In this document: piece after piece, positions 49,945 to 62,000 of the stretch
Layout: each line of letters begins with the position of its first letter
How positions within the stretch are numbered: position 1 is the stretch's first letter
Assembly: GCF_030028105.1 (NCBI RefSeq)
Contig: NC_092375.1
Location: forward strand, 146,009,415-146,073,414
Reading direction: 5' to 3'
Length of the DNA: 64,000 nt
Source: Mobula birostris
Lineage: Eukaryota
Notes under the pieces: generated by a model
The model's input: the letters and a program-made list of their open reading frames with translations, nothing else
Told to the model about the DNA's origin: nothing
Databases searched by the model: none
Translations under genes and position numbers: made by a program

Positions 49945-52900
49945 TGTCAGGCCTGCACAGGAAGGCACCTCCCAGTCTCCACACCTGCCATTCATTTCCG
50001 GCTCATCACCTGCAGTCTATCTAAACCCAGCTCTCATGCCCAGCCCTTGTCCACATCAAACTGGCCAGTCTCAGCCAGTTACTCCTAGCCCTTGTCCACA
50101 TCAAACTGGCCAGTCTCAGCCAGTTACTCCTAGCCTTCAGTTACCTTATTGCCTGTTGTGTTAAGTATTCACTCTCTCTTATTTTGTGGCTCAATCTGGC
50201 TTGTTATTTTGCAGTGTATTATTAAAGAGCTTGCTCACTGCTAAATCATCTCCACTGCTCTGCATTTGGGTCAAGACTCACAGGATGGGTGAAGCATCGA
50301 TTGACCCAGCAGAGCATGCTCGCCTGAAGGAAATGGTCCACCGACGCGAGCACACAATCCAGAAGCAGCAAGAATCCACTGACAACTTGCTTGCCATTCT
50401 ATTCCAATTCTCCAACTTGATACAGCAACCTTGCACAAGTCAATCTCCTCCTTCTGAGCCCTGGATTCTGGTTCTCAAATGCTTCGACAGATCCCCACAA
50501 TATTGGCACACCTTCCTGTTCCAGTGTGTCTTACAGTTCAGACTCCAACCATCTCTGTATTCCACAAGATTACCTTCCTCATCTCCCCCTTGACTGGGAC
50601 AATAAAACCACCATCTGCAATAAAGCCATGAATGATTACATCACCAAAGTGCTACAGCATAGCTTCAATCGAACATCCCAGTCCCTAGCCAGTGCAGCTA
50701 GGGGTGTCTGTCGCTGCATCAACTACCATGGATTCAACAAAATCACCATTAAGAACCGCTATCCTCTCCCTTTGATAGATAGTGCATTTGAAATCTTCTG
50801 TGTGTCCCAGATCTTCACCAAACTGGATGTACAGAGTGTGGACAACCTGATCCACATCCACCAGGGGGAAGAGTGGAAGACGGCATTCATAACACCCACT
50901 GACCACTATGAATATTTGATTATGCCTTTTAGACTTTCCAAAGTCCATCTGTTTTCCAAGCCTTCATTCACAAAATCCTCTCAGACAAGCTGCACAGGCA
51001 TCTGTTCATTGACCTCAATCATATCGTCTTCTTCTCTAAGGTCCCCCAAAGACCACGTCTCTCATATCTGTTCAGTCTTTCAGCATCTCCTCAAAAACCA
51101 ACTGCACTGCAAGTTAGAGAAATGCCAGTTTCATACCCCAGATATTTTCTTCCTGGGTTATAGCCATGGACCCAGAGAAAGTGTACACCATCATTGTAAA
51201 CTCCTGACCTCACACCTCCAACAGCTACAATGTTTTTGGGCTTCTCCAACTTCTACTGCCGTTTCATCAGGAATTACAACCAAATCACTGGTCCTCCCAC
51301 CCTCCTCATCACATCAGACCACGCTTTCAACGACTTCAAGAGCTGGTTCACAACCACTCCCGTTCTTTGGCCTTCCATAACCCTTCGGACCTTTTGTGAT
51401 AGAGGTGGATGCATGTGGTGTGCGCACTGGGACTGTCCTCTCCCAGCGAGGACCAGATGGGAAAAGGCACCCTTGTGCCTTCTTCTCATGTAAGTTCAAC
51501 TCTACACAGCATCATTATGGAGCAGGGGACAGGGAACTACTCACAATTAAATAGGCCTTGGAGCAATGGAGACATTGGCCTGTGGAGAACACTGAGCATT
51601 TCTGACCACCAGCAGACCCACCAACTCAGTCCATGTCAGTTTGCTAGGCCCTCTTCTTCAAACAGCTCAACTTCACCATCTCCAACCAGCTTGGTTCTAA
51701 GAACACTAAGGTCAAAGCCCCGTCATGAAAATTCGACCCAGCTGAAATGGAAATTGACCTTCAGCCTATCATTCCATTCTTGCAGAACCTCACCCCGACC
51801 ATCTGGGATCTTGAGAACCTGATCCTCCAGGCCCTACTGCACAATCCTGCTCCAGCTGACACCTGACAACTGCATGTATGTGCTGGAGGTCGCATGCTGT
51901 GAGGCACTCCAGTGGACCTGCTCCTCACCCCTCTCCAGCCATTCAGGCACATGCTGGACCCTGGGTTTTCTGTGACTCTGGTTCTGGTGGCCTGCCATGA
52001 TCGCAGGTGTGCATCAGTTTGTTGTTGCCTGGCCTCAGTGTGTCCTGTTCAATTCCTCCAAGCTGCCATAGATTTCATCACGACTAGGCCACAGAGATTG
52101 TGACAGCGGTAGACCAGTGCTCCAAGGCGGCCCACTTCATTGTCCTCCCTAAACTTCATTCCGCAACTGAGAGGACAGATCTGGTTCGCCACGGTTTCCC
52201 TCAGGACATTGTATTGGACTGGGGCCCACAATTCATCTCCCACTTCTGGCAAGCCCTCTGCTCCCTCCTCCGCACCTCAGTGAGTTTGTCCTTTGCCTAT
52301 CATACGCAGACCAACATTCAGTCCGCAAGTGGAGAAGTTTCTGCAATGCTTTGACACCCCTAACCCTTCTACATGGAAGGGGTATCTGCTCTGGACCAAA
52401 CTGTCCTACGATCTACACATTTTCTCTGCTATGGGTGTGTCATCCTTTCAAGTGCTTCATGGCTACTAAATCCCATTGTTCCCTGCAGAGAAACCAATGA
52501 TGTGGGTTACATCTGCCAAGGCCCTGGTTTGCTACTGGCAGAATGCTTAGAAAGGGCATGGAGGGCCATCCTAGCTGTCAACTGCACCTACCGCTGTCAG
52601 AACAACAGCCATCAGTGCCTGACCAGACTACTCCACCCTGGGACCACGACAGGCTGTTAACCTGAGCTCTGGCCCCGTGCACAGACTCCTGCATGCTCTC
52701 GCCCCAGTTCAGTGGTCCCTTCCAGCTCGCCCATGGCGTCGGTCCAGTTACTTACCATCTCCAGCTGCCATGGTCCCTCAGGATCGCACCTACCTTCCAC
52801 GTCTTGCCTCAAGTACATTGTCCGTGGGCCAGTCAAGGTGGTCGAGTGGACACAGTTCACCAGTTGATGGATTCATGTTGTCGTGTTTGGCGTGTGGTCA

Positions 52901-53321
52901 ACTGGGAAGGATAAGGCCCAGAGGAGAGGTCTTGGGTGTCATCCAGTTTCATCTTGGGTGCATCGCTCATCATGGAGTTCAAGATCATCCTAGGCCATCT
53001 GGTGCTGGCCATAGGACGGTGGATCCTGTCAGGTCTGAACAGACAGGCAACTTCTGGTCTCCACACAGCCAACAAGAGTCACCTTCCACTTGGTTCCAGC
53101 TCATCGTCTGAGCTTATTTAAACTCAGCTCCCATCCACAGTCCTTATTCACCCATCAAACTAGCTCGCCTCAACTAGTTGCTTCAGTTACCTCGTCATGT
53201 TAAGTATCTATTCCCTCTTGTTTCGTGGTCCCTCGTGGCTTGATATTTTGCTGTTCATTAATAAAGTGATTGTTCACCACTGCTCTGTGTTTGGGTCAAA
53301 CCTCCTCTATATTTCCTGACA
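49945..53321 (+). mobile_element. Degenerate Ty3/Gypsy LTR retrotransposon (possibly chromodomain-bearing); LTRs ~49945-50282 and 53027-53321
   Basis: CINY..FNKITIKNRYPLPLID, FTKLD, EWKTAF, FLGFSNFY.RFI, integrase HGFP..IV.D.GPQF.S.FW, W.G..PEERSWV. Both LTRs start TGTCAGG and share gctctg..tttgggtcaa. Confidence 0.85.
50042..50135. repeat. Perfect 45-bp tandem duplication inside the 5' LTR
   Basis: agcccttgtccacatcaaactggccagtctcagccagttactcct occurs twice. Confidence 0.95.
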
Positions 53322-54239
53322 GTATCCACTTTACCACTGTTTGGCCCTGTAATGTTGATAGGTATTGAGATTTAACTGTACAGTCAAATTGAAAACCGTA
53401 CAGGTCAGTGAGAATTAATATTCTTACTATTAATATTCTGTGCACAATAATGGGATACGTGACGTTCAATGTTATTCTGCTTGTGTTTATTTTGCTTTTT
53501 CTCATCAGGGTTTGTATGAAAGTCAGTCTGCAGTAGCAGAGAGCTTTTCATTCTTAGCAACAAACTTGTCACTGTGCTGGCACTGCACTCTTGGATGTGA
53601 GACAGAAGGATGAGGTTCAAACTCTTCCCTGGGGAACTGTGACCGGAATCCTGCGGCTGATCCATGGATCAGCACAGGAGGAGTGATGCACTGTGTGAGG
53701 TACTGCTCAGCTGGAGGAGGAGAACCATTACAAAGAGCAACAAAGTTCATCTGGTGCTCTGAAAAATATGACTATTATTGTGTAACATCACAGCAAACAG
53801 TTTGCCTGCTGTTTGTTGGAGCAGACACTGTTTTCCACATTGACACCATTGTAACTGTCAATATGTTTCAGACATCTTCATTCTCTATTTAAAAAACTCC
53901 TGGATTTGAAAAGGTGGTGAATTACTGCAAAAAGTGTAGAAACTTTCCTAGGTTTAACAAAGGTCTCTACAGGGGGACACATTCTGAGCCATCAATGATG
54001 GCCCTATTGACATTGGTGGAGGATATATTTTCTGATCATCTTCCTTACTACTTCAATTTCTTTCATTAATAAATCTTCCAGTTCTTTCTCCTCCATTAAA
54101 ACAAAGCCAGCAAATCCTGTACCAAGTCCCACAATGAGGCTGAAGGGCAGGGGCACAGCAGACTGTGAGAGTGCTGCAGCATAACTCCAAAACATAAAAA
54201 AAAGCTAATTCAAAGAAAAACATGGATCCAGGAGATGAC

Positions 54240-57200
54240 TCGTGTATGTCCTTAGTTTTACTTTAGCGAGACATGCACATATGACACGGTGGTGTGATGA
54301 CGCATGCCATTTACGTACTTTTACATTTAACCTGTAGTGAATTATTTAAACAAAGAATGCTTAATCAACAACATATTTATAATATTACTCCAATATTATT
54401 AAAATATTAAATATACTCCTCCCTGCTTAGCTATAAATTCCAGCTCAATAGAGAATGCATCTCAACTTGTATACACAGTATACTATATAATACAACTACT
54501 ATACAGACATCCACAGCATAGTAAATTTTAAATTGTCCCATTCAAACTGAAAGATTCAATCACTGTGGAGACTTTATTACTCTTGTGGGATAAAGTATTT
54601 TCTGATTTTGGTGGGGGAGCCACTTTGCTTGGCTGTGGAACAGTCTCAGGTTCTGGGGCCTCCTCCGTTATGATTGTCAGAGTTGACGCTGGATCTGCAG
54701 GAAGTGGTTCTTTTCTTCTGGATGTGCTGGCATCCAAACAGTGCATGGCAAGCCTTGCTGGACAACGTCCATCATGATGTGTGAGTACAGTGTCTGCTGT
54801 CACCATTTTGTTTGCCTTTTGGAAAGCCACCTCGCACTGCTTTGTCCATTGTCATTTCTTCCCGATTTGCAGTAATGGATTCAAAGGGTGGAGCACAGTA
54901 ACCAGATGGGCAGGAACCTGTTATAATGACGAACAAATCCTTAACAAGACTACAATTGTGGCATGCCTTTAGCCTTAGGGAATCTATCACTGCTTGAATG
55001 TTTGCAGCACACTTGTGTATCATTGTGGCCATAGTAAGTGATGCTTGGTTTAAAGAATTCACACTTGCTATGTCATGCTCTGAGCTCATAATCTTTTAAT
55101 CTTTTTAACACTGTTTTAAGATTTTGCAGATGTTCCTTCTCATCCTTACTGGTAACAATATGTCATCCAGGTAACACTGAGTGCTTGGGCAGCCTTGCAG
55201 AATCCAATCCATACCTTACTGCCATAGTGCAGGTGTAGATGCTACTCCAAAAATAAACCTATTATAGTAATAAAAGCCCTTTGTGAGCGTTTATGGTGAA
55301 AAACACTTGGACTGTTCTTCATCTCCACTTGCAGGCAGATCTTAGCTAAGTCCACTTTGCTGAAGTGTTTTCCTCCAGAAGGGTTTTCAAAGATATCCTC
55401 TATCCTGGGCAGGGCATAATGATCTTTATCATTGTTGGGTTGATGGTGACCTTAAAAACATCACAGATCCTGACAGACCCATCCTTATTGGCTACTGGGG
55501 CCACTGGCATTGCCCATGGGCTCCACTCAACATTGGAAGGAATTTATTCAGCTTGCGATCTAGCTCACTGGCTACTTTATCACAGATGGTATAAGAAATT
55601 GGATGGGCTTTGTAAAACTTCGGAGTTGAATTTTCAGTTAACACTATTTTACCCTTGATATGTTTGAGATTTCCAGTGCTATCCAGTACCTTTCTTAATT
55701 TACTTTCAGTTGAATTTCTTCAAGGTGATGTGGTGTGCAAAATTGGCATGCACTTCTCATTGGCTATTCCATTTTCTTCAAAATACTTCTCAATTTGCTC
55801 AGTGAACAATACACTGTTATCTCTTGTGCAATCAAACGAGATAGCGTGTACATTCACAAACAAAAGAAAATCTGCAGATACTGGAAATCCAGGCAACACA
55901 CACACACAATGCTGGAGGAACTGAGCAGTCCAGGCAGTATCTATAGAAAAGAATAACTCAGTTCTGATGAAGGGTCTCGGCCTGCCTGCTGAGATCCTTT
56001 GGCATTTTGTGTGTGTTGCTTGTGTACATTCTAAGTTTTGCTTTTAGTGGATGGATCCACAATCAGGTTGTAGGAGTGTTAACCACTCATAACCCCACAG
56101 TGCTGCTCTCCCCAACCATTTTTACCGCATACGAGCCTAATTTGGTTGTTGTATTTCACGGTCACGAATTTTATTCCCTTAGGAGTTATCTTTTCTCCAG
56201 TATGTTCTTGATTCGTTACCTACAAGCTTCAGTTTAATATCTTTGACATGCCGTTCAAACTCATTTTGTGGAACGACTGAAACAGCTGAGCCCGTGTCCA
56301 ATTCCATTTTACTTAATTTGCCATTCACTTCTGTTGCAAGTCATATTGCTTGTCTATTGTTAGTTTTTACGTTGTAAAAATCTCAAGGCTACACAGTCCT
56401 TTCACTCTCATCAGATTTCTCGTCAACAGCATGCAGATTATTACTCTTTTTGAAACTGCAACTTTTTATCTTTTCACTATGCAGTCCTTGTCTGCCTAGC
56501 ATGCTCTTTGTACGTGATCTACTTCATTAAATTTTCTGCAAATTTTGCCTTTAAACTTGCATTGGTTTGGTGTATGTGAGCCCCCTGCCACAATGGTAAC
56601 ACAATTATTCAGCCAGGCCATTTCTGTTTAGCTGTTGCAATTTTGTTCACATTCAATTTCATTCCTGGCTGCTGCATCTGTCTACTGCTTCCATTGATAC
56701 AATGATTTCAACTGCTCTTTAAACTGCAGGTTGTGCTTCATTTAGGAGCTGTTTTTGAATACTTTCTTGTAAGATTATACAAACTAAATGATCTCTCAGT
56801 GCATCATTAAGCCCATTACCAAACTGACAATGCTCAGACAATCTCTTCAATTCAGCCGTGTTTGCTGAAATTGGCTCTCCTTCCTTTTGATTCTGGTTTT
56901 GAAACCTAAAGCATTCCACAATAAAAATGCTTTGGGTTCTAAATGTTCCTGCACTACTTTCACTAATTCAGCAAAGCTCTTTTCGGCTGGTTTGGTTGGA
57001 GCAGTTAGCGTTCTAAGCAAACTGCATGCTTTTAAATACAATGCACTCAGAAAAATTGGCACTCACTTCTCACTGGCTATTTCATTTCCTTCAAAATACT
57101 GCTCAACTTGCTCAGTGTACAATATCCAATTATCACTTGTTCAATCAAATGAGATAACTTCTGTACATTCTTAGTTTTACTTTTAGTGAGACGTGTACAT

Positions 57201-57329
57201 GTGATGCAGTGATGATTTTTGTCATTTCCGTACTTTTACATGTAATCCATAATGAATTATTTAAACAAAGTGCTTAATTAACCAAGTATTTACAATAGTC
57301 CTCAAATATTATGAAATATATACACAACA
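54240..57329 (-). mobile_element. Degenerate Ty3/Gypsy element; LTRs ~54240-54415 and ~57165-57329
   Basis: Gag F...Q..GE.I....AELKRLSEHCQFG..LNDALRD..V, protease MELDTGSAV (~56280-56308), RT CYLDDI (~55160-55178), direct AT-rich LTR repeats, PPT adjacent to 54416. Confidence 0.85.
55856..56021. mobile_element. Penelope-derived foldback element with truncated hammerhead
   Basis: 10-bp TSD gtgtacattc (55846-55855 and 56022-56031), inverted arms, and ctgatgaagggtctcggcctg lacking GAAA. Confidence 0.75.
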
Positions 57330-57331
57330 TA

Positions 57332-57450
57332 GTTAGTATTGCTATTTCAGAAGTCCAGAGACCCAGGTTTAATCCTGAGTTCAGGTGCTGTCTGTGGGAG
57401 GTTTGTGCATTCACCCAGTGACTGTGTGTTTCTCAGTGCTGTGGTTTATT
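57332..57450 (+). mobile_element. tRNA-derived SINE head (V-SINE/HE1-like)
   Basis: B-box-like ggtttaatcc followed by gctgtctgtgggaggtttg; family not verified. Confidence 0.45.
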
Positions 57451-58559
57451 GCGGCTTAAAGCTATAAGACATCTAAAGGGCAATAGGAGCAGAAAAAGAT
57501 CTTGTTAATTTGAGGGTTCTTGGTGTTGGAGGGGTATATCTGCTGACAACGTTCCATCTAATTTTTTTTGCAGCTGCACAGATCAACCATTGCTCTGAGC
57601 AGGAAATTTTTTACATGGCCTGAAAACTGCATGACATTTTATATGGTTTTTTTTTGGTAATGTGTCAGTGCTTAGTGGGCTGACGGTTTATTAGCAATGA
57701 GCTACCAACTTCCATTCTGCATTTACTGTTACAATTTGTAATAGTGTTGTAACTTGAAACACTGAGAATGTTAGTATATTGAAGCTCAAATATTTCAAAG
57801 TAAAGATTGTGATATGTTTATTATTTAGAAAATTTATAAATTATATTAATTAACAGAGTATTTCACAATTAGCACAGTTTCTAAATTATATTAACAATTG
57901 CAAAATTATTTTAACTATAAATGAAAATTCCAGCTGTGTGGCAACAAACTTCGTGTACAGGAGCATTTCAGTTACTGTGCAACTGCTTGCTTTGTGGAGC
58001 TTAGAGGGAACAGTGTCTGCTGAATGATATTGACAAAAATCTTGTTGACAGCAATATACCAAGGACTGCATTTCCATCATCAGTGATAGCAGGACTGAAT
58101 TAATGAACACCACACAGAAGACCCATTTTCACATGATTGCAATGATGACTTCAATGAGGATGCATTAAAATCCGAAGATGTTTAACGCCCCCATGTTTAG
58201 GTTAGAATTTTGAAAGAGCTCTCCAATTAGTCCCTCTTTCCCCATACACCTACATGTATGTATCCCATTCTCTTTTTGCACCTGCTCTCTTTGCAGCAAG
58301 GCAATGTAGCAACATAAAATAGAGCTCTTAAAAAGATTCAGTTGACAAGGATACAAGCAAATGATGGTGTAGAGGATGGTGATATGGGAAGAGAACATAT
58401 TGGCTGCTTTGATTTATTCAGCAATAAACAATCTGCAGGAAGAACAGCAAGTGCTTCAAGCAACAGCTGTGGAGGCAAAGAAATTGTAAGCATTTCAGGT
58501 CAAAACCCCATGTCAGAGTCCTATTTGCTTCCCATCTCACACAAGTGAGGCCAGATCTA

Positions 58560-58890
58560 ATTGTTCATCCTCTTCATTGAAGAATGTGAGTGGCACAGGG
58601 GACCAGCTGTTATCCATGTCCTTGGATTCAGCACAGATCAGCTGATGGAGATATTTTTAACCTCTTCCTATTTCAGCGTAAAGTTTCCATCTGTGTTAAG
58701 ACCACAATCTTCCTGGTACCTCAGAAAAACAAAGTAACATGCTTTAATGACTGCCCCCCAGTGGCACTGACATCTACATTATGAACTGCTTTGAGAAGCT
58801 GGTCCCAGCACACAATAACTCCTCAAATTACTGCAAATCACCTATCGCTGCAACAAATCTATGGCAGATGCCATCTCTCTGGCTTTAAAG
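58560..58890 (+). mobile_element. Rex1/Babar RT fragment
   Basis: DIFNL.L...TTI..VP.K.KVTCFND..PVALTS. Confidence 0.7.
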
Positions 58891-59039
58891 AGAGCTGGAT
58901 TCAATCCTCGGGTGTTTGCATCTTCTCCCTTTCCCTCATGAGTTTTCTCTGGGTGCCTTGATTTCCACGCACATCCCAAAGGTGTGCAGGTTGTAATGTT
59001 AATTTGGCTCAACAGGCTTGAGCAAGAACAGCCTTGGGC

Positions 59040-62000
59040 AAACATAGGCAGAGGTGCTAGGTAAGTTTCTGGCCGTTTTCTTTTTGCTAGTACATAGACA
59101 TTGCACTGAGAATTTGTCCAGAGTTAGTGGTGTGTTCCTTGAATGAGATGTGGGAAACTTGGGAGAGCGTCAGTCTCCCTGACAACTCTATCTGCATGAA
59201 GCTCTTTAGACACCATGGTAAGGAACTAGAGCTGCAGCTGGATGACCTTCAGCTCATTTGGGAAAATGAGGAAGTGAAAGAAAGGATTTATAGGGAGGTA
59301 GTCACCCCTAAGTTGCAGGAAGCAGGTACCTGGGTCACTGTCAGGAGAGGGAAAGGGAATAGGCAGCCAGTGCAGAACAACCCTGTGGCCATTCCCCTCA
59401 ATAATAAGTATAACACCTTGGATACTGTGGTATGGATGACCAACCGAGGGAAGCCACAGTGACCTGATAGCTGGCACTGAGTCTGACGCTGTGGCTCAGA
59501 AGGAAAGGGGGGAGAAGAGGAATGCAAGTGTGAGAGGGGATTCCATAATTAGAGGAGCAGATAGAAGATTCTGTGGGCATGAAAGAGACACACGGATAGT
59601 ATGTTGCCTTGCAGATACCAGGGTCAGGGATGCCTTGGATCGGGTCCACACATTCTAAAGGGGAAGAGTGTACAGCCAGAAGATGAGGTATATATCGGTT
59701 CCAACAACACAGGTAGGACGAGGTAGAAAGAACTTTCAGTGTAATAATCTTAGAATTGCTGCCTGTGCCAGGCACCAGTGAGATAAGAATAGGATGACTT
59801 ATTTGACAGATGAATGCGTGACTGAAAAATTGGCGCAAGAGGCAAGGTTTCAGATTTCTGGATCATTAGGATCTCTTCTGGGGAAGGTACGACCTGTACA
59901 AAAAGGATGGGTTACACCTGAACCTGAAGGGGGACCAATATCCTTGCAGAAAGGTTTGCTAGAGCTATTGGGGAGGATTTAAACTATTTGGCAGGGGATG
60001 GGAACTGGAGTGATGGGGCTGAGGATGAGGCAGTTTTTATACAATTAGATGTAATATGTAGCGAGACTGTGAGAAAGAACAGGCAGATGATAGGATAAAA
60101 TTGCAGTCAAACTGTACAGTAACCAGGAGCCAAAATTGAAAAGGGTGATGAATACAGGACTAAAGGTGCTATATTTCAATGCATGCAGTATACAGAATAA
60201 GGTAGATGATCTTCTAGTGGAGTAAGAGATTGGCAGATATGATGTTGTGGGCATTATTGAGTCGTGGCTGAAAGACGTTCATAATTGGGAGCTTAACATC
60301 CAAGGATACCAATTGTATCAAAATGATAGGCAGGCAGGCAGAGGGAGCGTGATGGCTCTGTTGGTTAAAAAAAAAATGAAATCAAATCTTAGTAAGAGGT
60401 GACATAGGATCAGTAGATGTAGAATCCTAGTGGGTAGAGTTAAGAAACTGCAAGACTAAAAAGATCCTTGTAAAGGGAGTTACAGTATATAGAGCTCCAA
60501 ACAGTAGCAAATACGTGGGCTACAAATTACAATGGAAGAATGCATGTCAAAGAGGCAATGTTACGATAGTCACGGGGGATTTCAATATGCAAGTAGACTG
60601 GGAAAATCAGGTTGGTGCTGGATCCCAAGAGCCGGAATTTGTAGAATGCCTACAAAATGTTTTTTTTTTTTTGGTTTTGCTTTAGGAGTAGGTCGAGGAT
60701 TTGGAAGCTTGTTAGTGGTTGAGCCCACTAGGGGAATATCAATTATGGACTGGGTGTTTTGTAATGATGCAGATTTGATTAGGGAGCTTAAGATAAAGGA
60801 ACCTTTAGGAGACAGTGATCATACTAAGGTAGAATTCACCCTGCAGTTTGAGAAGGAGAAGCTGAAATTGGATAATTCTGTACTGTAGTGAAGGGAATAC
60901 AGAGCCATGAGAGAGAAGCAGGCCAAAGTTGACTGGAAAGGGTCACTGGCATGAATAGAAATTCTGGTAGCAATTTGAAAGTCACAAGAAAGGTACATCC
61001 ATAAGATGAAGCAATGTTCTAAAGGGAGGATGAGGCAACCATAGATGATAAGGGAAGTCAAAAATAGCATAAAAGCTAAAGAGAGGGCATATAATATAGC
61101 AAAAATTAGTGGGAAGGTAGAGGATAAGGAAGCTTTTAAAAACCAACAGAAACAAACTAAAAAAAGCCAGAAGGAGAGAAAAGATAAAATATGAAGGTAA
61201 GCCAGCCAATAGTACCAAAGAGGATACCGACATTTTTTTTAGATATGTAAAGAGTGAAAAAGAGCCAACAGTTAATATTGGACCACCGTAAAATGCTGGA
61301 GAGGTAGTAATGGGGACAAAGAAATAGCAGAAAAATTTATTAAGTATTTTGCATTAAAATTCACTGGAAACCAGTAGCAGAATACCAGAAATGCAAGTGT
61401 GTCAGTGGGGCAGAAATGAGTATCATTGGTATTACTAAAGAGAAGGTGCTTGGGAAGCTGAAATGTCTGAAGGCAGGTGGACCACATGGACTACATCCCA
61501 GAGTTCTGAAATGGATAGCTGAAGAGATTGTGGAGGCATTAGATATGATCTTTCAAGAATCAATAGATTCTGGAATGCTTCTGGAGGACTGGAAAATTGC
61601 AAATGCTACTCCACTCTTTAAGAAGGAAGGAGGCAGAAGAAAGGAAATTATTGACCAGTTAGCCTGATCTCCGTGATCGGAAGATGTTGGAGTCTATTAT
61701 TAAGGTTAAGGCTTTGGGGTACTTGGAAGCACATGACAAAATAGGGGGAAACTTGTCTGACAAATCTGTTGGAATTCTTTGTAGAAATAATTGGCAGGAC
61801 AGACTGAGGAGTCAGTTAATGTTTATTTGTATTTTCAGAAAGACTTTGACAAAATGTCACACATGAGGCTGCTGAGAAAGCTAAAAGCCTGTGGTACTGC
61901 AGGAAAGATACTAGCATGGATGGAATCACAAACAAGAGAAAATCTTGACAACGGGATGGGAAATGGTGAAGTGGGGTAGGGTGTGGGAGCATTACTGGAA

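Noticed and set aside
50042-50135. Direct repeats as a CRISPR-like array
   Set aside because: Two adjacent identical units with no spacers, in eukaryotic LTR context.
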